From an uncultured Bacillota bacterium (GTDB taxonomy: Bacteria > Bacillota_I > Bacilli_A > RFN20 > CAG-288): a stretch of DNA of 64,000 bases. Positions within the stretch are counted from its first letter, which is position 1. The number at the start of each line of letters is the position of its first letter. The stretch covers positions 12,636 through 76,635 of the forward strand of contig CASFYT010000007.1 of the NCBI GenBank assembly GCA_949299015.1, in the 5' to 3' direction. The notes beneath the pieces are model-generated. The model was not told the origin of the DNA and made no database searches. It saw nothing but the letters and a program-made list of their open reading frames with translations. Positions 26,775 through 36,001 of the stretch are shown here, one piece after another. The position numbers and the translations under genes are program-made.

Positions 26775-27898
26775 TCTTCTTCGCCTTCTGCTGTTGCATG
26801 AAGTCCCAGCGCAGATAGGCGTCGATGAAGTTCTGGAGGCTTCCGTCCATCACGGCCTGGACGTTGGCTTCGGAATAGTCCGTCCGGAGATCCTTGACGA
26901 GGGTATAGGGACAGAAGACGTAGGAACGGATCTGGCTGGAGAAGGAGATGTCCTTCTTGACGCCGCCGATCTGGTCCATCTTCTCCTGCCTCTTCTTCTC
27001 TTCGAGCTGGAAGAGCTTGGAGCGGAGCATGTTCATCGCCATCTCCTTGTTCTGCATCTGGCTGCGCTCGACCTGGCAGGAGACGACGATGCCCGTCGGC
27101 TTGTGGGTGATGCGGACGGCGGACTCCGTCTTGTTGACGTTCTGTCCTCCCGCTCCCGAGGAATGGTAGGTGTCGATCGAGAGGTCCGCCGGATTGATCT
27201 CGATGTTGATGGAATCGTCGAATTCCGGCATGACGTTGACGGAGGCGAAGGAGGTATGCCTTCCTCCGGATGCATCGAACGGAGAGAAACGGACGAGACG
27301 ATGGACTCCGCTTTCCGAACGGAGGTTTCCATAAGCCATCTTTCCTGAAATAAGCAGAGTTGCTGAAGAGATTCCCGCTTCGTCACCCTCGAGGATGTCC
27401 AAGACCTTGAAGCTGAATCCGGCCATTTCGGCATAGCGTTCATACATTCTCAGAAGCATGCTCGCCCAATCGTGCGCTTCGGTTCCTCCGGCTCCCGGAT
27501 GGAATTCGAGGATGGCGTTGTTGGCGTCATAGGGACCGCTGTAGAACAGGTTCTTCTGGAACCGGGTCATCTCCTTGTCGAGCTGGGCGATGGCGATTTC
27601 GCATTCCTTGTGGAGGTCTGCGTCGTCCTCTTCCTTTAGGAATTCCAGGTATTCCTGAATGTTGCTGAGCTTCCTTCCGAAGTCTTCCGATGCCTGGAGC
27701 TTGTCGTTGACTTCGCTGAGCTTGCGGTTGATCTCCTTTGCGAGTCCTTGGTCCTTCCAAAAGCTTGGGTCGGCTGTCTTGGCACTGAGCTCTTCGCTTT
27801 GTTTCTGAAGCTCTTCGAGGTCAAAGACAGCCTCGCAAGTCGAGAAGACGGCTTTCCAGTCCCTTGCTGAGACCGTTGAGTTCCGAAATTTCTTTCAT
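26767..27898 (-). CDS. prfB: Peptide chain release factor 2, requiring a programmed +1 frameshift at codon 26
   Basis: Frame 0 is MKEISELNGLSKGLESRLLDLRGCL followed by TGA. Shifting +1 at CTT TGA C continues DLEELQKQSEELSAKTADPSFWKD... straight into the 267-aa ORF-track product, which carries the SPF-type region and GGQ ([11 protein letters not shown]). Confidence 0.92.
27034..27206 (-). repeat. 173-nt block, identical to prfA except for one mismatch (prfB copy)
   Basis: In a hand alignment, the reverse complement of 27034-27206 equals 54532-54704 with a single mismatch (GGGCATC vs GGGTATC). Confidence 0.9.
27820..27826 (-). promoter_or_regulatory. prfB: prfB autoregulatory +1 frameshift site CTT TGA C
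   Basis: The canonical heptamer was read directly. An SD-like GAGG lies a few nt upstream (..CGAGGCTGTCTTTGAC..). Confidence 0.88.
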
Positions 27899-28098
27899 TG
27901 CTCGGCTCTCCTTTCTGTCGTTGTCGGCATCCTATATTTTAGCAAAGGATGCCTTTTGGGAGATAAAAAATCATCGGGTTTTCTGGAGAATGCGCGAAGG
28001 GAAGGCTCCTTTTCAGCCTTTGTCCTCTTTCTCATTGACATTGTGTCGATGCTGAAACGATAATTTTCCTGAAGGCTATTTTTGAAAGGAGTTCGATC

Positions 28099-29103
28099 AT
28101 GGAAAGAAGGAATGTCATGCCTGGGCAAGGGGGAGACCGCTACATCCCCTATGAGGAAAGGACCGGGGAGGAATCGGTCGTCTACTTCACCCGGGACCTC
28201 TCGGCGCAGGGCCTGGAGAAGATCTATGCGCGCGTCAGCAGGGATCTGATCGGCAAGGTTGCCATCAAGCTTCATACGGGAGAGCCCCATGGTCCGAACA
28301 TCATCCCTCGTCCCTGGGCCGAGAACCTGATTCGAAAGGAACTGCCCGAGGGGACGATCGTCGAGACCAACACCTATTACGAAGGAGGGCGATATACGAC
28401 CGCCCTCCATCGCGAGACCCTCAGGACCAACGGATGGACCTTCTGCCCGGTCGACATCGTCGACGACGAGGGGACGACGACCTTCCCGGTCCACAACGGG
28501 AAGTGGTTTGAGGTCATGTCGGTCGGGAAAGGACTCCTGAAGTATGACTCCCTGCTCGTCCTGACGCATTTCAAGGGACATGCTCAGGGGGGATTCGGCG
28601 GTTCGGCCAAGAACATCGGCATCGGATGCGCGGACGGACGTCTGGGCAAGGCCTGGATCCACACCACGGTCGGCTCGGCCGACATGTGGGACATCGCCAA
28701 GGAAGAATTCATGGAGAAGATGATGGAATCGGCCAAGTCGGTCGTGGACCACTTCACGCCGCACATCAGCTATGTCAATGTCATGCGGAACATGTCGGTC
28801 TCCTGCGACTGCGAGGGAACGGCGGCCCAGCCCGTGGTGACGCCCAATGTCGGAATCCTGGCCTCCCTGGACATCCTGGCCGTCGATCAGGCCTGCGTGG
28901 ACCTCGTCTTCGCCATGAAGGAAGAGGACAACCACGATCTTGTCGAGCGGATGCTGTCGCGCCACGGCCTGCGTCAGCTGACCTACATGAAGGAGCTCGG
29001 CATGGGGAACGATCGCTATCATCTCATCGACATCGACAATGGGGACGTCGAGATCACCCGCGCGGACGCCGTCCGGCACGTCGTCCCGTTTGGCGCCGAA
29101 TAG
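28099..29103 (+). CDS. DUF362 domain-containing protein
   Basis: 334 aa with ..VAIKLHTGE.., ..LTHFKGH..GGFGG..KN.GIG pattern typical of DUF362. AAAGGAG RBS 7 nt upstream. Confidence 0.7.
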   Translation: MERRNVMPGQGGDRYIPYEERTGEESVVYFTRDLSAQGLEKIYARVSRDLIGKVAIKLHTGEPHGPNIIPRPWAENLIRKELPEGTIVETNTYYEGGRYTTALHRETLRTNGWTFCPVDIVDDEGTTTFPVHNGKWFEVMSVGKGLLKYDSLLVLTHFKGHAQGGFGGSAKNIGIGCADGRLGKAWIHTTVGSADMWDIAKEEFMEKMMESAKSVVDHFTPHISYVNVMRNMSVSCDCEGTAAQPVVTPNVGILASLDILAVDQACVDLVFAMKEEDNHDLVERMLSRHGLRQLTYMKELGMGNDRYHLIDIDNGDVEITRADAVRHVVPFGAE

Positions 29104-29141
29104 GGGAGGGCGCTTCCTTTCCTGCGGCATAGGAGGAAGCG

Positions 29142-30233
29142 ATGATCGAGAAGGAATTCGGGAACGTCCGTCTTTCCCGGCTCGGCCTGGGAAACATGCG
29201 CCTGCCGACGAAGAACGGAAGGATCGACGAGGAAAGGGCGGCGGCGATCGTCGACGAGGCCCTTGCTTCGGGCATCAACTATTTCGATACGGCCTATGTC
29301 TATCATTCCGGTGAATCCGAGCCTTTTCTGGGGAGAACCCTGAAAAGGCATCCGCGTTCCAGCTATCACCTGGCGACCAAGTTCAACGTCGATGCCAATC
29401 CGGACATCGAGAAGACGTTCGAGGATCAGCTTGCCCGCCTGGACACGGACTACGTCGACTTCTACCTCTTCCACTGCGTGACAAGGGAGACGGCGAGGAA
29501 ATACATGGATCCCGACCGCCACTACCTGGATTATCTTCTCCAGCAGAAGGCCAAGGGGCGGATCCGGCATCTCGGCTTTTCCTCGCACGCGGACCTGGAG
29601 ACCCTGGAGCGTTTCCTCTCCTTCTCGGATCAGTTCGAATTCGTCCAGATTCAGCTCAACTACCTCGACTGGACGATGCAGGATGCCAAGGGACAATACG
29701 AGACGATCGTCGCCCATGGCCTTCCGATCTGGGTGATGGAGCCTGTCCGGGGCGGCCGGCTTGCGGACCTCGGAAAGGACAATCGTCTGCTTCTCCGGCG
29801 TCATCCCGACTGGTCCGTCTCGTCGTGGGCCTTCCGTTGGCTCTTCTCCCTGGACCACGTCCAGATGATTCTCAGCGGAATGTCGAACCTGGAGCAGCTT
29901 CGCGACAACATCAAGACGTTCGAGGACTGCCAACCTCTGACGGAAGACGAGCGGATGCTCCTCTCCAATCTTGCGGCAAAGATGCAGAGGGAGACAGCGG
30001 TTCCTTGCACGGCCTGCCGATACTGCTGCGACACCTGTCCCAAGCGGATCGACATTCCCCGGTTCCTGAGCCTGTTCAACGTCCTGCCCCTGAACGACGA
30101 CGAGGGGATTCGGGAGGAGGTCCGGCGTTCCCATCCTGGGCCGCTCGACTGCATCGCCTGCCAGAGCTGCCAGAAGCACTGTCCGCAGGGAATCGAGATA
30201 CCGAAGATCCTCCGCCAGCTGTCCTCGCGATAA
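29142..30233 (+). CDS. Aldo/keto reductase with C-terminal 4Fe-4S cluster-binding segment
   Basis: AKR N-terminus (LGLGNMRLP.., INYFDTAYVYHSGESE) and a C-terminal Cys cluster (CTACRYCCDTCP ... CIACQSCQKHCP). Confidence 0.8.
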   Translation: MIEKEFGNVRLSRLGLGNMRLPTKNGRIDEERAAAIVDEALASGINYFDTAYVYHSGESEPFLGRTLKRHPRSSYHLATKFNVDANPDIEKTFEDQLARLDTDYVDFYLFHCVTRETARKYMDPDRHYLDYLLQQKAKGRIRHLGFSSHADLETLERFLSFSDQFEFVQIQLNYLDWTMQDAKGQYETIVAHGLPIWVMEPVRGGRLADLGKDNRLLLRRHPDWSVSSWAFRWLFSLDHVQMILSGMSNLEQLRDNIKTFEDCQPLTEDERMLLSNLAAKMQRETAVPCTACRYCCDTCPKRIDIPRFLSLFNVLPLNDDEGIREEVRRSHPGPLDCIACQSCQKHCPQGIEIPKILRQLSSR

Positions 30234-30237
30234 GAAA

Positions 30238-30265
30238 AATGCCTTCCCGATGAGGAAGGCATTTC
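30238..30265. terminator. Bidirectional terminator between the AKR gene and secA
   Basis: AAATGCCTTCC-CGATGA-GGAAGGCATTT stem-loop flanked by A- and T-rich runs. Confidence 0.6.
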
Positions 30266-30270
30266 TTGTC

Positions 30271-32754
30271 TCAGTTGATCTTGGCAGTCGGATTGCTGCG
30301 GTCGATGCCGTCGTCGTCCGGCGTGATGTTGGCGTGTTCCGCCGGATTGTAATGGACGGGCTCCACCTTCTTGGGCTGTCCCGCGGCAGGGGTGGGGGCC
30401 TGCTGTCCCGTGGGGTTCTTGCGGAAGGTGACGTGGAGCAGGGTGCGGACGACGTCGACGGAGATGTTCTCGTTCATCTTCTCGAACATGTCGAAGCCTT
30501 CGTTGGTATAGGCCTGAAGCGGATCGGTCTGGGCATAGGAGCGAAGCCAGATGGCGTCGCGAAGCTTGGACATCTGGTCGATGTGCTTGGTCCAGCGCCG
30601 ATCGATGCAGTCCAGGGTGACGGTCTTTTCGGCGAAGTTCCGCATGTCCTCCGTCCAATCCTGGCTGTGCAGCGAATATTTCTTCTGGAGCCAGGCGGAG
30701 AGGAGGTCGAGGCAGTCGGCATAGCTAATCTGGTCGAAGGCCTTGAGGGGAATCGATTCCTCGGGGATGGAGAGGAGCTTGCTGGCATTCGCGACGAGCT
30801 TCTTTCCGTCGATGATCCTCTCCTGATCCTTGAGGAAGTAGGAGACATCGCAGGCCGCCTTGCTGACGAGGTCGAAGTAGGACGGGATCGTCTCGCTGAC
30901 GGACTTGGAATAGAGGATCTGGTCTCTGCGCGCATACATGATCTTCCTTTGGCGCGAGAGGACGTCATCGTAGTTGAGCAGCTGCTTTCGGGTGTCGAAG
31001 TTGTGGCCTTCGACGCGTTTCTGGGCCTGCGTGATTGCCTTGGACATCATCGGCGATTGGAAGGAATCGTCGCCGAGCTTCTCGTAGAGGGACTTGTAGG
31101 AGGCCGGAGCGAAGCGGACGAAGATCTCGTCTTCCATCGAGACGTAGAACTTGGAATATCCCGGATCTCCCTGGCGTCCGGAACGGCCCTTGAGCTGGTT
31201 GTCGATGCGACGGGACTCGTTTCTCTCCGTCGCCAGGACGGCCAGGCCGCCCAGCTCCTTGACGCCCTCGCCCAGCTTGATGTCCGTTCCGCGGCCAGCC
31301 ATGTTGGTCGCGATCGTCACCGCACCCTTCTGTCCGGCCTGGGCGATGATCAGCGCTTCGCGGGCGTGGTTCTTCGCGTTGAGGACCTCGTGAGGAATCT
31401 GGACTTCGTTCAGGAGCTTGTCGACGATCTCGGACTTCTCGACGGAAGGCGTGCCGATCAGGATCGGCTGTCCCTTCCCATGCCTCTCCTGGACTTCCTT
31501 GATCAAGGCCGCATACTTGGCCTTGGCGTTTCCGAAGATGGAATCGGCGTCGTCCTTTCGGATGACCGGCCGGTTGGTGGGGATGGTGACGACGCGCATG
31601 TTGTAGACCTTGCGGAACTCCTCCTCCTCGGTCTTCGCCGTACCGGTCATGCCGGAGAGCTTGTCGTAGAGGCGGAAGAAGTTCTGATAGGTGATGGTCG
31701 CCAAGGTGACCGTTTCCGGCTTGATGCTGACGTGTTCCTTGGCCTGGAGAGCCTGCTGGAGGCCGTCGGAGTACTCGCGGCCCTTCATGACACGTCCCGT
31801 GAAGGCGTCGATCAGGAGGATCTCGTCGTCCTGGACCATGTACTCGATGTCCCGCTTCATGATGTAGTTCGCCTTTAGGGCCTGCTGGATGCGGTGGGCG
31901 AGGTCGGACCACTGGGCATCGTAGAGGTTGTCGATGGAGAAGGCCCTCTGGATGAGCTCGACGCCGTGGTCGGTCAGGGAGCACGCCTTCTTCTCGATGT
32001 CGATCGTGTAGTCGCGGTCCTTGCGCAGGCCCTTGACGGCACGGTCGGCCGTGACATAGGAGGAAGCCGTGATTCCGGAACCGCCGGAGATGATCAGCGG
32101 CGTCCTCGATTCGTCGATCAGGATGGAGTCGGCTTCGTCGATGATGGCGAAGTGAAGCCCGCGGAGGACGCGGTTCTGAACGGTCTTGGCCATGTTGTCG
32201 CGGAGATAGTCGAAGCCGAGCTCGGAGTTGGTGGAGTAGGTGATGTCGCAGTTGAAGGCCTCCTGCTTTTCCTTGGCATTCTTTTCGCGGAGGTTGCACC
32301 CGACCGTCAATCCGAGGAAGCGATAGATGTTTCCCATCCATTCGGCATCACGGCTGGCCAGGTATTCGTTGACCGTGACGACGTGGACGCCCTTTCCTTC
32401 CAGAGCGTTGAGGTAGACGGCCATGGTCGCCGTCAGGGTCTTTCCTTCGCCGGTCTTCATCTCGGCGACGTCGCCCTCGTTGAGGACCGTGGCGCCGAAG
32501 ACCTGGACGGGATAGGGGAATTGATGCAGGACCCTCTTGGCCGCCTCGCGGGCCGTCGCAAAGGCTTCGGGAAGGATGTCGTCGATGGTCTCTCCTTCGA
32601 GCAGCCGCTTCTTCAGCCGCGGCGTCATGGCCTTCAATTCGTCATCCGAAAACTTGCTGTATTCGTCTTCGAACTGGAAGACGCGCTTCGCCTTCTTCTC
32701 GATCTTCTTGAAAGCTCGGGCGTCGATTCGAAACAGTTTGTCTAGGAAGCTCAT
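30271..32754 (-). CDS. secA: Preprotein translocase ATPase SecA
   Basis: 827 aa. Motifs AEMKTGEGKTL (Walker A) and DEADSILIDE (DEAD). No C-terminal zinc-finger tail was obvious. Confidence 0.95.
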   Translation of the reverse strand: MSFLDKLFRIDARAFKKIEKKAKRVFQFEDEYSKFSDDELKAMTPRLKKRLLEGETIDDILPEAFATAREAAKRVLHQFPYPVQVFGATVLNEGDVAEMKTGEGKTLTATMAVYLNALEGKGVHVVTVNEYLASRDAEWMGNIYRFLGLTVGCNLREKNAKEKQEAFNCDITYSTNSELGFDYLRDNMAKTVQNRVLRGLHFAIIDEADSILIDESRTPLIISGGSGITASSYVTADRAVKGLRKDRDYTIDIEKKACSLTDHGVELIQRAFSIDNLYDAQWSDLAHRIQQALKANYIMKRDIEYMVQDDEILLIDAFTGRVMKGREYSDGLQQALQAKEHVSIKPETVTLATITYQNFFRLYDKLSGMTGTAKTEEEEFRKVYNMRVVTIPTNRPVIRKDDADSIFGNAKAKYAALIKEVQERHGKGQPILIGTPSVEKSEIVDKLLNEVQIPHEVLNAKNHAREALIIAQAGQKGAVTIATNMAGRGTDIKLGEGVKELGGLAVLATERNESRRIDNQLKGRSGRQGDPGYSKFYVSMEDEIFVRFAPASYKSLYEKLGDDSFQSPMMSKAITQAQKRVEGHNFDTRKQLLNYDDVLSRQRKIMYARRDQILYSKSVSETIPSYFDLVSKAACDVSYFLKDQERIIDGKKLVANASKLLSIPEESIPLKAFDQISYADCLDLLSAWLQKKYSLHSQDWTEDMRNFAEKTVTLDCIDRRWTKHIDQMSKLRDAIWLRSYAQTDPLQAYTNEGFDMFEKMNENISVDVVRTLLHVTFRKNPTGQQAPTPAAGQPKKVEPVHYNPAEHANITPDDDGIDRSNPTAKIN

Positions 32755-32952
32755 GGCGATCTCCTTTCAGCCGCGCCTTCATGGGCGCAAAAAAACAGAA
32801 CACGTGCACACAGCTTTATAAATATATCTCATCGATAGCGCTTTTCAAAGGAGAAGTTTCGCCCGCCGTCGTCCCTTATTTCCCTTTGGGCGGCAAAAAA
32901 TATAAAATAGTGTCCGGGAGGGGGAGAATCCGCCTCCTGCAAGGTAAACAGC

Positions 32953-33789
32953 ATGAAATACAAAATCATTTGCGACAGCTCGGCCAACCTTCTCGAGAAG
33001 GATTTTCCCGAAGACGAACTTGTCTCCTTCGGCAACGTTCCCCTAACCCTGATCGTCGGCGGCAAGCCGTATCGGGACGATGGGACGGCCAACATCCCGG
33101 AGATGATGGAAAGCATCAAGAGACCGGAAGTCAAGGCGACCTCGTCCTGCCCTTCCCCCCATGACTATCTGACGGAGATGACGGGGGCCGACTACTACAT
33201 CCTCATCACGATCTCGAGCAAGCTTTCGGGTTCGTACAACTCCGCCTGCCTGGCCCGCGACGCCAGCGAACATCCGGAAAACGTCTTCGTCCTCGATTCT
33301 CTTCTCACGGCAGGAGCGATGGAATTGATGGCCCTCGAGGCGAAGAGGCTGGCCCATCAGGGCCTGCCCTTTGCGGAGCTGACGGCTCGCCTTCTGGACT
33401 ACCGGAAGAAGGTCAACCTGCTCTTCGTCCTGGACAAGTTCGACAACCTCATCAAGATGGGGCGAGTCAGCAAGCTGGTGGGATTCCTCGCCGAGAAGCT
33501 TCGCATCAAGCCTCTGTGCTGCGGCGAAGAGGGCGAAATCAAGATCAAGGAAAAGGTCCGCACGATCCAAGGCGTCCTCAAGAGACTCGTCATCAACATC
33601 GGAAACCTCTGCCCTGTGCAGAAGGGAAAGCTCTGCATCATCAGCCACACGATGGCCAAGCCGCACGCCGATGCGCTCAAGGAAGCGATCGAGAAGAATT
33701 ACGAATTCGATGACGTTATTGTGAGAGAGAACAAAGCTTTGTGTTCATTCTATGCGATGGATGGTGGCTTGATTGCCTGTTTTGGATGA
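32953..33789 (+). CDS. DegV-family fatty-acid-binding protein
   Basis: 278 aa. N-terminus KIICDSSANL.. and a TSSCPSP.. segment (Ser-containing lipid-binding loop) are typical of DegV. Confidence 0.85.
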   Translation: MKYKIICDSSANLLEKDFPEDELVSFGNVPLTLIVGGKPYRDDGTANIPEMMESIKRPEVKATSSCPSPHDYLTEMTGADYYILITISSKLSGSYNSACLARDASEHPENVFVLDSLLTAGAMELMALEAKRLAHQGLPFAELTARLLDYRKKVNLLFVLDKFDNLIKMGRVSKLVGFLAEKLRIKPLCCGEEGEIKIKEKVRTIQGVLKRLVINIGNLCPVQKGKLCIISHTMAKPHADALKEAIEKNYEFDDVIVRENKALCSFYAMDGGLIACFG

Positions 33790-33831
33790 TATCAAACTTT
33801 CTTTCATAAACATAACTTGGAGGGAATTCGT

Positions 33832-35460
33832 ATGTCACAGGAACGCCTGAAGAGATATGGAGTCTATCAAATCTATCCCATCTCCTTCTGCGATAGCGAC
33901 GGAGATGGGAAAGGAGACATCAAAGGAATTCTTTCCAAGCTGGACTACCTCGCCTCGATCGGCGTCAAGAATCTATGGATTTCCCCGCTCTATGCTTCCC
34001 CGATGCGGGACATGGGGTACGACATTTCCGATTACTATGCCATCAATCCTCTCTTTGGGACGATGGAGGACTTCGATCGTCTCGTTCAGGAAGCGCGCCG
34101 AAGAGACATCCGAATCATCATGGACCTGGTCGTCAACCACACGTCGAGCGACCACCCCTGGTTTCAGGAGGCCCTTCGTTCGCCGGAATCCAAGTATCGC
34201 GAATACTACATCTTTCGTCACGGCGAAAAGGGCCGCAGGCCGAACAACTGGACGAGTTCCTTCGGCGGCTCGGCCTGGGAACCGGTTCCGGGGGAGGAGG
34301 ACAACTACTACCTTCATCTCTACGGCAAGGAACAGCCGGACCTCAACTGGGACAACGAAGAGGTCTACCAGGAGGTGAAGAAGATCCTCGGCTTCTGGAT
34401 GGAAAAGGGCGTCTACGGCTTTCGCTGCGACGTCATTTCCGAAATCTACAAGTCGAGCTTCGAGAACGGAAGAAAGGGAAAGATTTCGACGCCGGTGGGC
34501 ATGGAGCATTTCGTCGCCCAGCCGGGATGCCACTTGATCCTGAAGCGTCTCCGCAAGGAAGTCATCGAACCGCGGGGCGGGGTCCTGATCGGGGAGCTCT
34601 ATGGCGTGGACCAGCCTCAGGCCGAGGCTTTCCTGGACCGGGAGCTGGATACGCTGTTCGGCTTCGAAATCACGGATACCAAGGGACTGTTCCGCCAGCA
34701 GATGAGACCCTCCGACTTCAAGGACGTCCTGATTCGATGGCAGGAAGGCGTTTCGTGCAACGGAAACTATCTCGAAAACCACGACCAGCATCGTTCCGTC
34801 GGGAAGTACGTCCAAAGGGGAAGGAACGAGGTTTCCGGAGCGAAGATGCTCCTGACCCTCCTTTGTGCCCTCAAGGGCGTTCCTTTCTTCTACCAGGGAG
34901 AGGAACTGGGCCTGGTCGACTACGATCGCCTTTCGCCGGAGGAGAGCCATGACGTCGTCCGATCCTTCCTTGAAAGCCTTCTGCGGCGCTTTGCCCTGCC
35001 AGGCTTCCTTCGCCACCGCCTGGCCCGAAAGTTCGGACGCGACGATGCCCGCGGACCGATGCCCTTCTCAGGCATCGACGGCTACGGATTTACCCTTCCC
35101 GGCCGCAAGCCATGGCAGAAATTCTACGAGATCTCTCCGGAGCGGAACGTGGAGCGGGAGGAAAGGGATCCTTCCTCGGTCCTGCAGTATTTCCGGAAGG
35201 TCCTTTCCCTGCGGCAGAGTGACGACGTCCTGAGCCTCGGGACCATCCGCTTCCTTCCTTCGGACAAGGAAATCCTTTCCTTCCTGCGGGAATATGGCGG
35301 CGAGAGGCGCTATGCCCTCTTCAACCTTTCCAACCGAAGCAGGAAGGCTCCGGTCCTTCCGGGTTCCAGGAGGAGTCTGATCCTGTCGAACATCTATCCT
35401 GCGGAAAAGAACTCCACCCTCCTTCCCTACGAATGCCGTCTCTATCGCATCGACGCGTAG
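33832..35460 (+). CDS. GH13 alpha-glucosidase / oligo-1,6-glucosidase family
   Basis: YQIYPISFCDSDGDGKGDIKG, DLVVNHTSSDHPWF, GFRCDV and ENHDQ conserved regions I-IV. GGAGGG RBS 7 nt before the ATG at 33832; the ORF-track start at 33817 is a TTG. Confidence 0.85.
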   Translation: MSQERLKRYGVYQIYPISFCDSDGDGKGDIKGILSKLDYLASIGVKNLWISPLYASPMRDMGYDISDYYAINPLFGTMEDFDRLVQEARRRDIRIIMDLVVNHTSSDHPWFQEALRSPESKYREYYIFRHGEKGRRPNNWTSSFGGSAWEPVPGEEDNYYLHLYGKEQPDLNWDNEEVYQEVKKILGFWMEKGVYGFRCDVISEIYKSSFENGRKGKISTPVGMEHFVAQPGCHLILKRLRKEVIEPRGGVLIGELYGVDQPQAEAFLDRELDTLFGFEITDTKGLFRQQMRPSDFKDVLIRWQEGVSCNGNYLENHDQHRSVGKYVQRGRNEVSGAKMLLTLLCALKGVPFFYQGEELGLVDYDRLSPEESHDVVRSFLESLLRRFALPGFLRHRLARKFGRDDARGPMPFSGIDGYGFTLPGRKPWQKFYEISPERNVEREERDPSSVLQYFRKVLSLRQSDDVLSLGTIRFLPSDKEILSFLREYGGERRYALFNLSNRSRKAPVLPGSRRSLILSNIYPAEKNSTLLPYECRLYRIDA

Positions 35461-35467
35461 AGAAGGA

Positions 35468-36001
35468 TCAGTTCGTTGAATCGGCCTGCTCCCTTTCCTT
35501 CCTGGCGAGCAGCGGTTCCTTCCGGTCCCTCCAGTTGACGTAGAGGAAGAAGGCGGCGAAGAAGAGCAGGGCATCGATCGGCGAGAGCAGGTAGCCGCAG
35601 GTCGCAATCATGAAATTGGCCTGGAGATTGGCAAAAAGGACGGTCCTGGCGATGTCGAACGCCAGCTTCAGGAAGAGGAGGACGAAGAAGGACAGCGAAA
35701 GGCGGGGAAGGGTCTTCTCTGGGACGAAGAGGCCGGCGAGGGAGAGGAAGAAGAGCAGGGTGGTGTCGAGAAGGACCAGGACGGTCACGGCTCCGCAATC
35801 GTAGGGGACATCACCTCGATTGGAGAGGAACGAGAGCAGCTGATAGCCGTTGATATTTTCGATCCGATCAAGCAATTCAGTCTGGACAAATGGAGCGAGC
35901 TCATAAAGAAAGAAAAAGATGGTAAATAAGATGCCAACGAGAAAAAGGAAGCGTCTTTTTTCGAGTGCTTGATGGAACAAATGAATTGCTTTTTCTTTCA
36001 T
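35468..36001 (-). CDS. Hypothetical integral membrane protein (177 aa, ~5 TM)
   Basis: Hydrophobic segments run throughout the product. It overlaps the upstream gene's stop by 4 nt. No family recognised. Confidence 0.5.
   Translation of the reverse strand: MKEKAIHLFHQALEKRRFLFLVGILFTIFFFLYELAPFVQTELLDRIENINGYQLLSFLSNRGDVPYDCGAVTVLVLLDTTLLFFLSLAGLFVPEKTLPRLSLSFFVLLFLKLAFDIARTVLFANLQANFMIATCGYLLSPIDALLFFAAFFLYVNWRDRKEPLLARKEREQADSTN

Noticed and set aside
27895-29130. 411-aa minus-strand ORF overlapping the DUF362 gene.
   Set aside because: It is antisense to a gene with a good RBS and family-like motifs. The product is low-complexity. Its 5' end would also collide with the prfB start region.
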